64,000 bases of DNA from Tubulanus polymorphus (GCF_964204645.1 NC_134028.1:9796001-9860000), one strand, 5' to 3'. Positions 22,201 to 63,635 are shown, counted from the stretch's first letter. A program made the numbers and translations. Notes: generated by a model not told the origin, from the letters alone.

Positions 22201-23213
22201 TCGGTCAGTCTATTTTCAAATCGTGAGTCCTGTTTTTTTTTTTGGGGGGGGGGGGGGGATTACAAACCTCAAAATGGGTGATAAACTGACGACTAAAAAA
22301 ATGTGCAATAAATGATAAACGTGTCATCGTGAATGTTTATCCGTATTATACTTCATTCAAGGATTACCTCCGTGGTTTTTGACGAAAATAGCCTAATCAA
22401 TGATAATGATAATGATAATGATATCAACAATATTGATGATAATGATGTATACATTTATAAAGCGCCTAACTATTAGCCTATATTAAAGAGCACGCGGCTT
22501 GCAGCAGTATAAATTTCAAAATTGATAATATCGAGCAGAGCGGCCAGGCCGCTTGCAGCTGACTGAACTGAGAGGTGCGTGTATCATCTAATTTATTGCG
22601 AGTAAATGATAAAGCCGATGATTAATAATAAAAGTGATGAGTATTTTAATCTTATTGATCCATTGTTTTATGTATGTTATTAAGGGTTCATTGTTGTGAG
22701 TTGAGCAAGCACGGTTTATTTATTGCTAGTTCCAGATGTTCCTTCGCAGAAACTCATGATCGCTTTTCTAGAATATTAAATAACGGGTTATTATAAATAG
22801 ATTCAATCTCTATTGCCACCATCATTTCAGATTTGTAGATAAAAGCCCTTTATGTACCTATTCCCAGTCATTTACTGGTTCTAGGCGCGGATCCAGAGGG
22901 CCGGGTGTTTCAGGGGTCGTGCTTTCAGATGCCCCTTATGTCAGATGCCCCAACAATAGATTGGCGGATTAAGTAGAGAGTCATAATGGGGCTACTGCCC
23001 CTAACTCTAACCTTTAATGACTGAGATTTATTGTAAGGGGCATGAACAAGGGAAGGCAATCCATTCTATAACACCGGCAAGGCAGACAGTGACTGATGAA
23101 AACAATCGTATTAATTCGAAATCAAGGGCTTTACACGGACGCAAATTCGACCGTGATACTGCATAAAATGCTACTTAAATGGATTGAGGTTTAGAAGTAA
23201 TCAAGAAAAAGTA

Positions 23214-23295
23214 TGGCAGCGGTGGGATTCGAACCCACGCCCATTTCTGGACTGGTGCCTAAAACCAGCGCCTTAGACCACTCGGCCACGCTACC
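23214..23295 (-). tRNA. tRNA-Leu (anticodon UAG)
   Basis: Reverse complement is GGTAGCGTGGCCGAGTGGTCTAAGGCGCTGGTTTTAGGCACCAGTCCAGAAATGGGCGTGGGTTCGAATCCCACCGCTGCCA. It has A and B boxes, a CTGGT/ACCAG anticodon stem around TT-TAG-GC and a long variable arm. A TTTTT Pol III terminator follows. Confidence 0.96.
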
Positions 23296-23517
23296 AACTG
23301 AGGTTGTGACGTGGCTCAGCCGTATTGGTAACACAAAGCGATCCACCGCGCTCTGCTCCATTTTACGCGCGAGGTTTAAACTATCTATTGGGTATGATCA
23401 ACGAAAATAGTGAGTATTTTACCAAAGGGATCTAGGATCGAAGGGACGAATCCCTGAAATTCCATCTGATGATTAGAAAATTTTGTGAAAAAGAGAAATC
23501 ATAATGATGTCGTGTTG

Positions 23518-24585
23518 GGGACGCTGAAAATGCACGACATGAAAATGACTGTAACGGAATATTCCTACAATGAAAACATGGGAATAATCCACTATTAGAA
23601 AATACTAGAAATGGCACAACCTGATAAAACAAGAACTGGAGAATGTAGGAACGTACACACTGGATTATAAAATAATAATCCAATAGTGGAATATACAAGA
23701 AATACCCCTTACTGGAAAATACAGGAAATTGAAAATGTAGGAATTTCCTGAATATTCCAGTTCCTGCAAAGTGTGATGCATGTTTTTCCGGCATTTTCCA
23801 GTTCTTGTACTTTCCAGTTCTTGTTCATTATTGATGTGCACATTCTTGTATTTTCATGTCATGCTTTTTAGATGCTAATAACTCTTCACCTAATAACACT
23901 ACACTAAACCTGTAAAATTGTATATACAATGCCAATGGAATATCTATATCAAACTTTCAGCTTTGCTTACATTTGGTACTAATAATCTAAATAGACATTA
24001 TAATGATGAACTGATGAATAATCAACATTAGAAAGACAATAATTTCGTGGATGATCTTTGCTTTTGCAAATGTTTATAGGCCATTTGTCATTAATTATTT
24101 ATTGAAAACTGGATGAAATCCCGAAATTTCTATATAAAGATCATTAATGGATTCTTGTATTTTCATGTTGTGCACATTCAGCGATAGACAGTAGGATGCT
24201 GAAAATGAACAACATGAAAATACAAGAACTAGAAAAAGCATGACATGAAAATACAAGAATGTGCACATCAATAATGAACAAGAACTGGAAAGTACAAGAA
24301 CTGGAAAATGCCGGAAAAACATGCATCACACTTTGCAGGAACTGGAATATTCAGGAAATTCCCACATTTTCAATTTCCTGTATTTTCCAGTAAGGGGTAT
24401 TTCTTGTATATTCCACTATTGGATTATTATTTTATAATCCAGTGTGTACGTTCCTACATTCTCCAGTTCTTGTTTTATCAGGTTGTGCCATTTCTAGTAT
24501 TTTCTAATAGTGGATTATTCCCATGTTTTCATTGTAGGAATATTCCGTTACAGTCATTTTCATGTCGTGCATTTTCTATCGTCCC
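23518..24585. mobile_element. 1068-bp non-autonomous DNA transposon with ~350-bp near-perfect TIRs and 9-bp TSD (Mutator/foldback-like)
   Basis: TSD GTCGTGTTG at 23509-23517 and 24586-24594; termini GGGACG...CGTCCC; arms ~23518-23868 and ~24233-24585. Confidence 0.9.
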
Positions 24586-27500
24586 GTCGTGTTGCCGATT
24601 TATTGAATGAGTCTTATTATGGCCGGTTTAGACTGAGTATCAAAGTTAGTAGGGGTAACTCCTCAATTTGGGTGACAACTACCATAGCAACAATGAGAAA
24701 CCATGGTTATAACTGATAAGTTCTAAAATGTTCCCAGGGACTATTTTTCTGCCACATCTATCAAACCCAGCCCAAGACTCCTGAAAGCTTAACCGGATTA
24801 CCGTACTTCAGTCAAGCAAAAACCCAAGTAGGCTATGAAACTTCAAATAACCAAGAATTTTAGTCAAGGCGATACCATTCAGATACAAAACCATGGCAAT
24901 GGAATACCGGTATTAGCTTATAAAGCAGGACTGGGCCGGAGGACTACTTAGTTTCTCAGGATCTCACTAAAATGCACCTAGTGGGTGTTTGTATTCTTTT
25001 TCAATAACACGTTCCGATTCTTTTCAAAACTACGACTGGGGTCCTTAAAACAAAAAGATCAAAACGATATCGCAACATTCGGCGATCGGTGCTCACCGCC
25101 GTAGGCCAAGGCCTAAGCCGAAAGGGATTATTTCTGCATGGGTTAAGGCCTGGTGAACGTACGACAAAATGAGCAATCCAGTCGATCATCAGCAGATGCC
25201 TAAAAGTTGATAAACACGTCCAAGTCACGAGGCCGACTGGGGCGGCACTGGGGACTTGGTTCATTCCAGTGCGGGAGTAGGCCTACACCTATTGCATTTT
25301 TGGCCTCTCCTGGTCCACCCCTGCCGGATCGATTAGCCTATAGGAAACATTTTGGACTCATTGTTCATAGTATGAGATTTTATAATCACTATAAGGTCAA
25401 TTCATGAATAGAACCCCGGAACTAATAATGATCTAATTGAATCTAGTTGAGTCTCGTCAACAGGGGCTGGTATATCTTATAGGGATTTGGTTTGGCCCTC
25501 CCCCCAAATACCGGCAGGCTACCGTACTAAGAGTATGGGAAGCAAATGCCGGACTGTGGGGGGGGGGGGTGTAATCAATGATATATATTTAAAGTAGCCT
25601 AACAAGTTTCTTTAACAGAAAGAGTAGGTAACTCGGGATTATGCAGGGGCTGTGGAATCACCCAACGCACCCTCCAGGGTGCAGAGACGGGCCTGTGGAA
25701 TAGGACTAGTGACTGAATAAGGTCTCAAAGAGAGCCAAACGATAGTTAATAATTCGGGGACACCACACCTATTGTTCACATGCGTCCACGTGCATCATCC
25801 CATATTGGCCGTCACTGTCACTATAGTCACTGACGAAGTCAGGTGGAGGGCCTACTTATCAATCAAGTGTTTGCCACATATTGTAACCCCTACAAACTAG
25901 TAATTATAGTCATCAGATCTCAGGTAAGTTTTAACCTTCAATGATAACTCCCAGTTTTAACAGATATAAGCTTATATAGGCGGTACAACATCCAAATATG
26001 TGAACATCAAGAACGAAAAATTCACAACAATGATAGGCCCAAAAATTGTTTTATCGACTCTCACAGTTCATTGTCTGGCTCATGTAAATGTAGATATAAA
26101 GTATCACTAGCGATAATTAAACCTTTAGGGGGTCAGTTGAGTTTGTTAATTTGACTATATAATGCGCCTTCTGGCAATCCGCGTGCTGTTGTCAAAGGTT
26201 CACTGTCTCCGAAAATCAACATCACTTAAACGTAAGCGTAAACTTCAAGTGACGTCAGGCGTTGATGCATAAAATAAGCAGTGAGAACTACCCGTAATAG
26301 TTCAATACACTTGGATAACTATCCGCATTCCACTGGGACAGTTCGGACAGTGTTCGGGCACTGGTCAGTTGACTGAGTCGTTTCATTGTCTCTTGGGAAA
26401 CAACGATCTGTGTTCTTAAACGAATGTTATAGTGAATGGCCGAACCAAAATCCGTTTAGTCTACATCGAGTTGTGTGAATAGCAATCCTCCTGTTTAAAT
26501 ACAAACATATATACATATACAAAAAGATGTATATATTATATCAAATTAACATAGCTTTAATCAATTCTGGGGGTGTACTCTCGAAAATGAAACTCCTAAG
26601 ATTTTTGAAAATTCCATCTTAAAGACATTACAAAAGTGATGGCATATATATACACATGTTTTACTTGAACAACTTAAATTTTGCTTGAAACATCCGAAAA
26701 ATTCCTGTCTCGAGAGCTAAGTAGGGATCAACTGAGAAGTAGTTGTAAGATTTTAATTGGTAAACGGTAGACTAGAAATGATTGACGGTGACTTCATTGA
26801 AGCGACTGGGCTTGACTAATATCAAGTCGCCCCGTAGTAAGTATCAGACACAAAATTACTTCAGTTTTCTGGCCTACTGACCCTGTACACGTTAATCCAA
26901 CGAGAATTCCTATTAAAATACCAATTACAAAGGTCATCGCTTATCGTCTGGTTGATTTAACTGGAACCATTCGAGCGGTACGCAGACGACCAACATCCGG
27001 GACATTGTTGACAGTTAGCTCTCAACGTTAGGATTAGTTTGCATGACGAATGGCCCGAATTTCGATGACGTTCGAATTTTAAAAACGCCAGACGAACCAA
27101 CCCTTGGGTGAAAATCGCTACCGAAAATCTCTGTCGTCACAAAATTAATACAAAATGAATTTAAGTTACAGAAATCAATGTATAGGCCTTATGTACCGGT
27201 ATATGAAAGATTATCATTTCATTCAATTCAAAATGACTAAGGCAATTTAAGTTGTGTTTCTGCTGCTTAGTCAAATATCTGAGATAGTGAAAGTTGAAAG
27301 CGGAAAATTAGTGTCCGATCGGGAGGTTAATCGACCAATAAAAACGCTCATTGATCCGTAATAAATTTATCCTTCAATCTTTCGTGAGTGTTTTTATAAT
27401 TCCCGCTGCGGCAAATCGCCAAGTGAACGAAAGATAGATTATTCTCGACTGTAACTATAACCTCAGCAGTAAAATAGACATTGTTTACGATATCATACAT

Positions 27501-28081
27501 TGATCAATGATGTAGTTTTTCGGTTTAAGTTAAATCATTGATTTTCCTTTTAAAACTATATCACCTAATTTCAGGATTTCCAACGAACTGGTACACGCAA
27601 TATATGGCGCTGATGGGGAAATTGTCTCCTGATTGGTTGTAAATGTAATCATGTGATTAATGAGTATGATTGATCGGGAATTATTTCTAATCCGGGGTCT
27701 GAATCCGTCCAGGTCATTTTACAACATTCCGGGATCAGACTATGTTTATAAACCATTCCAGCTGACTGGTACCATCTAATCCCTGTTTTAACGCGCAGGG
27801 CACCTCGTTATAACAAACCGAGGTCTCTTTATTATCCCTGAAAACATAGCGATAATAATTCTCCAATTTGTGGTAAATCCTACCCACGTCACGTGATTCA
27901 TATCGATCACGTGATCATGCGTTACTTTCGCCAATGTTCGTGAATGTTGTGCACGAGCGGAAGAGTAAAGATCCACGGCAAGTCGTTAACGTATGTGATG
28001 GACATTTCTATTAATTAGAAAAAAAGGAAACAACTTCTTCGAAAGTCGTTGATAGATATCAATTCGTGTATACATATATAT

Positions 28082-28242
<161 letters not shown>

Positions 28243-28447
28243 TACATATACTGTATGCTTGGTGATCTCTGATTGGTAGACGGTTTATTCACATGACTGA
28301 CGCGTGCGCAAATGAGTTTAAGGCTTATACATCCGGTATGACCTGGGCGACTGCGCGCGCGTGGTTTAAAGGCTTAGATACGGATCAACACTAAGTCAAA
28401 CCGACTGAAACTTGTGTGTGAGAGTGAATTGTGTATTGTTTAAGAAG

Positions 28448-54776
<26,329 letters not shown>

Positions 54777-56171
54777 TGCTATGAAAAACACGCGTGGTGG
54801 TAGAGATTGAATCACCCTGACCCAAAGTGGTCGGCCGATAGGTGGCAGTATATCATTCCCGAATGAATTAAAACTGGTGCTTGTAGTAACGGAAACAAAG
54901 GTCGTGACCTCTGCGAACAGATGACCTGACCTATCAGTTGAGAGCCAAATATTGGTAATATTTTTACCGAATGATCTGAGTTTAAAAATCGATACAATTC
55001 TAGTCTGAAAGTATAGTATTTATAAATTATCTATATATTGTACTTGAATAAATACAAATCGTATATATGTATATGATTAAAGCCTGGAGTAAGGCTTAAA
55101 CTGGCGAGTTATTTGTAATATAGAGGTACGTGTTTGACGCGGTGGTTGACAAAGGTTCAAGAAAAACGGCGGCGGCTCTAGCTACTGTCGAAATGATCTT
55201 ATCTTATACTTTGAGATTTCATTCTAGAACAATGAAGTGTAATTATGTAGTAAACTAATTTCTTACACTATCCACTACTCTTCAATATTTTCAAGTTTTC
55301 TTTTCGTAATGAGCTTCATTTATATTGGTTCCTGTTTGTAAATAAAGGGTATAATATATGATAATACGATACGTGTAAATAATTCTGAAATTCTTTGTTT
55401 CTTTTATTTTTGGTCCCAATTAAATCTCTGGTGAAAGACTCTTCAGATTTTGAGTGGCGTGCTGGTAAGCGATTTCCTAGTCAAGATAATTACTCCAAGT
55501 TCTAACTGTCTGATATATCCTGGAAGTTTTTTCGGCAAGCGAGTAGGTTGATTGACTGGAAGATTCTGCATTTTTTCAATAAATGGTAGATTATATAACC
55601 GTTAAACCGCTGAGTCTAAACCAGAAAAATAATATTCTACAAGCTGTTTGTTTATCTGTGTCTCTCTCACACCGTGAACCGATCTGAACTCCGAGATAAC
55701 CTTACCAAGGTTATTTCGGTACACACCACGTGATGCCGTACCTTTGATTGACAGGTATCGTTTAGAATGCCCCCTGGTGGCGAACTAGGATAAAACAATT
55801 AATTAGCGTTAAACAACTGCATGATTCCACTTCCATAAACCAGCACACAGAAACCAAACAAAATCAAACCAGCACTCCTCAGAAACCATGCCATCTTACA
55901 GAAAACCAAATCATCTACTCTGAAAATAAACTATGGAACCCTACGTTGAAACATACCATCAAATTCTAACACGATCAATAAAATAATATTTGAGAAATCA
56001 TTTTCTTGTATGAACAGTATTGTTCGTTCCCGTATGGTGTATGGTCTCTTAGTCCCATCACGCATCGAAAGTACAATAAGATGCAAAATAACTACATGTA
56101 CATGAAAACTAAGAATTTGCCTGCTGGTATTATAAGCTTTGCCCCGCGGACCTAACTCCCTGGCAGTGTTA

Positions 56172-56344
56172 CAGTAAACCCCCTCCCCGATATACAGCCC
56201 TCAATAAATCACCACCCCGCCTAACATCCGGAACATATGTAGTACGACTAGTTCTAAGACAATATATTGTTTTAGAACTAGTCGTACTCTCTATACTACC
56301 AAAACTCTAAATCACTGATGTGGGTGGTATATCGGGGTTTACTG
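56172..56344. mobile_element. Tc1/mariner-type MITE (TA TSD) with an internal 48-bp palindrome
   Basis: TA-CAGTAAACCCC...GGGGTTTACTG-TA; AGTACGACTAGTTCTAAGACAATATATTGTTTTAGAACTAGTCGTACT at 56241-56288. Confidence 0.8.
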
Positions 56345-58514
56345 TAGTATTCACGGTATGTATCAAACTCGTGATCCACTCGTGATTAACAAGTCGACAA
56401 GTGCATGATTTGGTTTACAGGACAGTGAATGTATATATAGATACTACGCTAAAATATCTTATTTACAAACACACACGTGAATTGCGGTTCAAATTTGCTC
56501 CCGATTTAACTTAGAATCTGATATCCATTGGGACGTATGAAGTGAGCTAATTGACACAGGCCAAATCAATCAGGGCGTTCAAATTCTTTCAATTTATTGT
56601 ATTTCAAATTGAAAATCCTTCAATTTCAATTGGTTCAAATGCCAAGTTTATGGGACTTAGAAATTAAAAAACGACCGTACAAAAAAACTAACAAATTGAT
56701 GATTTAAAGCCGAAAAAATGCAACTTTGAAATCGGTGTAAATTTGATTAAACAACGCATCTAACAGGTGTGGCCTATTGGTGGTCACTCGAATGTGTCAA
56801 CCGAATTTATGTAAATACGTGGTTTCTTTGCATGGAACGCTCTATATGAACGCATTGTTATAAATCAAACATATTGCTTCGGCGGTCTTACATTCCTATC
56901 ATTAACTAACAACACGCCTTTATATTATAAATTATACACATTAAACCGTACACCTGATAATTACTATTTCAATTATAACCAATGAATGAAACGTGAATTA
57001 TAAGGAAACAATATGCTCTATGCGCAATATGATCCTAACTATCATAGTTATCATTGCAGTGACGAAGTTATAATATTCTAATCGAAAATACGATTTATTT
57101 TTCAAATAAGCAAAGATTGAGCAAATAATTTCGGAACGGTCAAGATTTATCCCTGGTAACCCCTCGTAAAATCCCTCCGGTGAAAATGGACCCGTAGTTG
57201 AAAATCAAGGCGAGGATCCAGGGGGTGTTTGGGAGCAAAATTTCTTTGTTGGCTAAAATTCTCATTCCAGAATGTGATGGGCAGAATTCTTAGCATGCAT
57301 GACTACGAGACTCTTGTTCAAAATCGAGTCAACAGAGCACCCTTGATAATACTGAAACACCCCTGCAATCTCCCCAAATTCAGTATTTTAAATAAAAATA
57401 GAGTTATCAGAGTTTTTGGTTGTACTTGAAAGAACTGAACCGTTTATCTGTATATTTGTCTCATACTTTTCCACACATCAACTTAAAATCAAGTTAGACT
57501 CCTTGAGTAAGATAATTTATTTCCAATTACCTTCTACGACTCTCATATGTGTCCAAAATACCAGATTACAAGGGGGATTCCTTTTTTTTACCTCGCGAGG
57601 ATATTTACCGGGAAATATTTACTGAGGGTATTCTACCTATTCTGCAGGGAGGATGTCCATAATTTGTGTCGGTATAAACCGCAGATGGCGCACTAATCGA
57701 TGCAACAGAAGCCAGAATCTGGTTGACCGGATTGCCATCTATCCTTGAAGCCAACAAGTATTCATTACCCTAATTGATGATATCCTGGCTAAAATTATGC
57801 TTCATTAACATTAGGTTATATCATTTGATATCAAATGTACATCGCACTTTCTGTGCTGTTGAGTGGTTTATTGGAAATACAGGCCTTTTACCATTTTGAA
57901 AAACACCACCCTACGTATCTAACCCGAAATAGTTTAAATCTACCTTAGCCCGTCCTGTGAGTTTACTAAAATGTTTCTGGTTTGATTTGACCTTTGAGTT
58001 CTCGACATCATTTCGAAATTTCTATGGTTGTAATCAATTCAATATTTCACTACAACGTGTACAATGTAGACCCAAGATGTCACGAATGGCATATCCGTAG
58101 TCGCGACCTATATAAATGGCGTATTAAGATTTGAAGAAGCCCTTATTTAACAAGGGGTTATATAAGACAGCAATTAGACGGTCTAATTGTGTAATCAGAC
58201 TGTCTGAGCTTAATGCGCACGACAATATCTATAGATTTTCCTCTATAAATGAGGCTCTATATGGAATACAACCGCTCAAAATAAGATAGATCCCAAGGCA
58301 GGCAACGAACCCATTCATTCGTTAATTTACAAAGATACTCCATCACACTCGCATTCGCGAGTATTTTTGGAGCGCGCGTGTCTGTGTTAAAAGAGGAAGA
58401 AAAGAATCTTTTTAAAGATCTTTTTCTTTTAAGATATTCTTTTCTTTAACATTCGATTTAAACAGAATTTAGAGCAATTCTCCGCAGATGATACGTAAAA
58501 ATATCCATCTATAA

Positions 58515-58563
<49 letters not shown>
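58515..58563. repeat. (TATC)n microsatellite
   Basis: Direct observation. Confidence 0.95.
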
Positions 58564-58565
<2 letters not shown>

Positions 58566-61359
58566 AGCCATCTTTTGAGATACGTGGGAATTCAGAGGAC
58601 ACTCGATATCACTATGTGTTATAACTGGTGTGTCGTGACCCCTTGTGAACCCTACCGGAGTAAAAACGTTTCATCAGCGGGGTGGATGCGGGCAGGTAGA
58701 CCTATGGCTTGTTGGAAATACCAAGGACTAAAATAAGGATCGGGAGTGATGGCGTATTATTGAATTTTACGTACTGCAATGGACAGTATCGCAATTACCT
58801 CATACTGTCGAAGGAAATTATGTGAAATCTGCATTACATTTTCCACGATGGTGGTGGTCACGTAAGTGTTGAAACATATTAATAATCGAATAAGAAGTTA
58901 CCCCCAAATATAGGCATAGACATACATGTATATCAACTATGGGTCAAATAGAAGAAATAGGCTTGATCGTTGTTTAAATAATTTGGCGTATGTATATCTC
59001 GAATTAGGTAGTTGAACAGACATGGAATTTTGATTAGTTTCATAGATATAAAATTCACGAAACCGATTTTGAATTTATTTATTAGATTGTTTGCGATATA
59101 GTTAGTAGCCTATCACTACGCGATAATTGAAATATTTCGGTTACCGGAATCGGAGATCTAACAATTTACCCATAGAGTTATACCATTAAAAAGAAAAACT
59201 TGTCAAAACTCAACAGAGTTTCAAGATTTCGATTGCTTATGTTTCGAATACACTAGCAAGTCAAAATGGCGGCTTGGACAATTTGTCCTATACGTTACAT
59301 TGATATAGCACTAGGCCTACTGACGAAATTTAACAGATATCTTATGAATTATTGAATATACTAATTGTTTTAACATATAACTAAAATTTGTTCACCTGAA
59401 TCAACGCTGGTTTTTATGAACTTATTTCGCCATGATTATAAAACCCATCTATCCAGAATGTTTACATGAAATTGTGTGACACATTTTTCGTTCGAATGGA
59501 TTTTAGCCCTAAATAGAATTCGTCAAAGAATTTTGATTACAGTTTATTATTTATTTATTACAATGGATTCTAAATGTTTTCGTAAAATATATACGAAAGT
59601 CATCCATCGAAACAATCCTCGTAACGCATCAAAAAATCCTCGAAGTAAATATAATTGCAGATTAACATTTTTCTAAATTCGAAACCATCAATGTATATTT
59701 CGATTCTGATATTTTCTATTCGTTTTAAGTGCAGTTTGTGAATTTCCAACGCTGTATTTCTTCAACATGAAATAAGTATAAATACGTGCGTAGGGAAGTA
59801 TTAAGAATCTCAACGTATTTGATCAAGCGATTAAGAAAAAGTGATATTACAGTTTACATGATCGTTGTTACTTATTCATTTATTGAACCCAATTGTAAAA
59901 ACTGGTTTGATGGGAAATACAGGATGACTATATCAACTGAGGACGGTGGAACAGAGTATGGAAATTCGAAAATGTTAAATAATCAGGGTTCTGTGAATTC
60001 GATGAGAAAATTTCTGATATATATATATTCTCATTAAAAGGCATTCGCATTTTCTATATTTATTTTGCGAGCTGTTTGCTAGGAGACTAATGAATTTGTA
60101 AACGGCAGAAAGTACCACCTCGGAGTCTCACAAGATCTATACTCTCCATATTCTAATACGCGATATCGATCATCTTCGATTCTCGATATACAAGTTATGC
60201 GATATATTTTTCTAGGTATGAAATATCGGTAGAAGTTAAGAATGAAATAAAATAACCTTTTTGAAAAATATAATAATAATATTAACAATAATAATAATAC
60301 CCGATTATCCTCTTTAATGTATTACTCTGTTTCTTGTATGTCTTTTTCTATTCTGTTAAGTGCCTTATAGCCTTTAAGAGTAGGGTATCGTATAAGTTTT
60401 GATAATGATTATGATAATGATAAAAATAACAATTACAATGATACTAATGATCATAAAATATAATAATAATAATTTGCTAACAGACTCACGAGAATCTCAT
60501 ACTATAATGTATATAGATATATGTTTTCGGATGATTTCCGAAATCTGCGCACTTATTGTTTGTTACAATTTCTAAAAATATCGAAATGTAGTTCCGCTCC
60601 GAAAGGTCAATGTGTAGACCTCAGTTGCCAGGGTACGCTTCAGTGACATTAAATGTAATCTAAAGTTCGCACAACCTCCAAATCCTACAGTTTGGATGAA
60701 TGTTAAATGTTTACAAATATGTCCTGATTATAATAGTTTCTATTGAATCAATAGAACACGATTTTAACATGTCAATTCAAACGACCAGAAGTGAATTTAA
60801 ATGATAATACATACACAAAACACCGGTATAGACTGACTCGCCAGTTCACATCTATATTTGGATAATCTAGAAATATGCTATCCGTGAAAATTATCTAACA
60901 TTCGGCCTTCGGAAATAACGAATTAATTTCATACTATAGAAAAATGATAAATTGAATGATAGAATAATCACACAAAATGGCCAGCAACTGTTTTTGAAAG
61001 GGTCCGAATTTGCAGAACTCATTCTCGAAAAGCATTTTCAAGGCGTTTTTAGAATATATAAATGGATCGAAATTTAGATTCGGAAACATTTGAGAATAAA
61101 CTGCAGTTGTTGGTCGCCTTATACAATGTATACGCGTTTTTACGTTTCGACTTGATCCTCTATCGGGGGAATCACAATGCACGCAAATGGAATTCGGTAA
61201 CAATCCCCAAAGATTAATACTAAAAGGTAAATCGGAAAAATTCCCCTTTACAGGCAAAACTCCCCAAATCTTCATTCATAAAGACATTAATGTTTTAAAT
61301 TCAACTAATAATTGTAATAGTTTATGGTAAAATAGCCACACTCAGATAAGTTAAAAAAA

Positions 61360-61754
61360 CCTGTCATAACGAACTCGGATAGAATGATTCAATGGATATA
61401 ACAAATATAGAATTTCGTCCCAAGTAAAACAATTTCAATAATTTCATACCGTATATATATATCTTTATTTACGTGTCATCTCGATAGACAAGCCAGCCTA
61501 TAATAAGGCTTACAAGACACATTGACATTTACAAGTACAACAAACATGTGACAAACTGGTACAACTAATTCAGATTGGATATAATTGGATTAAAATGAAT
61601 TAGGAATTGCGAAGTTTCATTGCGGCTGATATGAATCTGCAAACACTAGATAAAATACGACTATTACTTAATAGAATTCCGTATATAACGAACTATCGGT
61701 TGAATCGAACATATCTTCCGGCCCCGTGAAGTTCGTTGTAACGAGGTTCCACTG
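61360..61754. mobile_element. Tc1/mariner-type MITE remnant (right TIR intact)
   Basis: ...GTTCGTTGTAACGAGGTTCCACTG-TA end; internal ATAACGAAC subrepeats; left end decayed. Confidence 0.55.
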
Positions 61755-63635
61755 TACATTTTGATTTTAATTCTTGAAAAATAAAAATTCCATTTATCTT
61801 TTAGATTCCGTGTTTAAAGTGGGTTTTAAACTTATTGTATTGAATACAATGTAGTCTATATTTGAGCCATGCATTAACTTTAAGTGTTAATAAACTTTCA
61901 GTTAGTAATGGTTTTTGATTCAAATTGTTTCATATATATATTCTATACGTAGTAGAGTAAAATCTGTAGGCATACAGTGTATCTATTTGCACTCCATTCA
62001 ACTGGTGGTAGAATTTTTACGATACATTCGTTTTTACATTTCAGGTAAATCCCAATTCTACAGGAACCATAATTTACATACAAATAAATACTTCATGGGT
62101 CAATCACAAACCTTCGAGTTCTGGCGGTACTTTATTGGAACCGGAAGGGTTTATTTCATTTTCGTTTCACGTGCTATTATTGTCTATATCTGTTATACCG
62201 CGAATAAACCACTCTCAAAAGAAGACAGTTTTTTTTTGTTTATGTTTAAGATGACTAACGGGTGATAAGATTCAGGTTCGAATCCAGCCGGATCAAAGGA
62301 TTATACGTCTTTGTTGTGCCAATTATATATTACTGTAAGACGGTAATCGTTTGATCTAACTTAATCCTCTTAATCTGTCGTTAATCTTTCAACAAGTTTG
62401 TGGGCATTTGAACTCACCAGAAAATCTATTGGGTCAAATCATGGACTCTAAAACGAATCCATGGCCAAATGTACAACCTTCATGTCATAAGCACCTCCCC
62501 TTCATTCACTCGGTTTTGCCATTGATAATTGTCAAGCTATGCGTGGGGAAAACGTGTCATTTCGAAATTACTAATTTGTCCACTTTCTCAAAAGCAATTA
62601 ATTGCAGAACCAGTGCTAATTTTGAATTCAAAATTCCAGGCCGATTAAAAGTGTTATGAATATATAAAACACAAAAAGTGAAATGGCCACACAGACATAG
62701 GCCTACAGTACAGGCTAATAACTCCACTTTTCATTGAATACAACAATACAGGATCACTGAGTACACGTAACTATAGCAACCAAAGAAATATCCTACGGAT
62801 TGGGTGAACTGGATGACTTAGAACGCTGCGGGTATACCTTACACACGGGTTCAGTTTTTTTGTACTCTGGCGCTCTAAGTGCGAGTAGGCTATAATGATA
62901 ACTACACTCGATAGCATTTTCATAATTATCTCTCATTCAATCAATGGTTCGATGCTCCTTTACGATTGAATTGAATAGGCATATTGAACTGATTTTATCA
63001 ATGTAGATGTTCATTTCACCCTAAAGCTAGCTAACTCCTTCTGGTGACACCTATTTCAGTTTTCAATGATCTGCATCATTTTATTGCATTTTTCCGTAGG
63101 TGTAAATCAAGAATGTTCATTTGAATTCAATTCGCGATCAATAATAATGTAACTTATAAGACGAAAATAAAATCCTTATTTCGATATTTCGCGTGGGGTT
63201 AGTTCAAAACCTGGCATGGCATTTGGCATTTTGAAAATGAAATTCTTAGTCAATTTCGCAAACCAATAGTATTTCAAATGAATATACTATAAGTATGGAA
63301 AAATAACTTTAAACAGATGCACCGCAATCACAAGTGGCGCATAAATGATTATTCAAATGATTACTCCAAGGGGTAAGTTTAGAACCTCCAATCTTAATAC
63401 TACTCAAACTAGCAACCGTATTTTCAACCTCCCTGTTCATTTAAACAAGTTCATTGTGTTATTATGTAAATTTTGAAATATGTAAACTTTGTGATGGGTC
63501 CCTCTAATACCTGTAATACGTTTTTGACGCAAAATAGTGCAACTCAAGGTTTTGGATATTTCAGATCTCTCAGCTTCTTCTTTTCGGGGCTAGGTCTTGT
63601 TCCAATAACCAAGCATCGATCGATTCTAACTTTAC

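Noticed and set aside
23213-23410. ORF MAAVGFEPTP...
   Set aside because: It is the antisense reading of the tRNA-Leu gene.
23432-24716. Near-identical ORFs MPEKHASHFAGTG... on opposite strands
   Set aside because: They are mirror images produced by the terminal inverted repeats, with no protein motifs.
62255-62300. GGTTCGAATCC B-box suggesting a tRNA
   Set aside because: No cloverleaf or A-box; at most a SINE head remnant.
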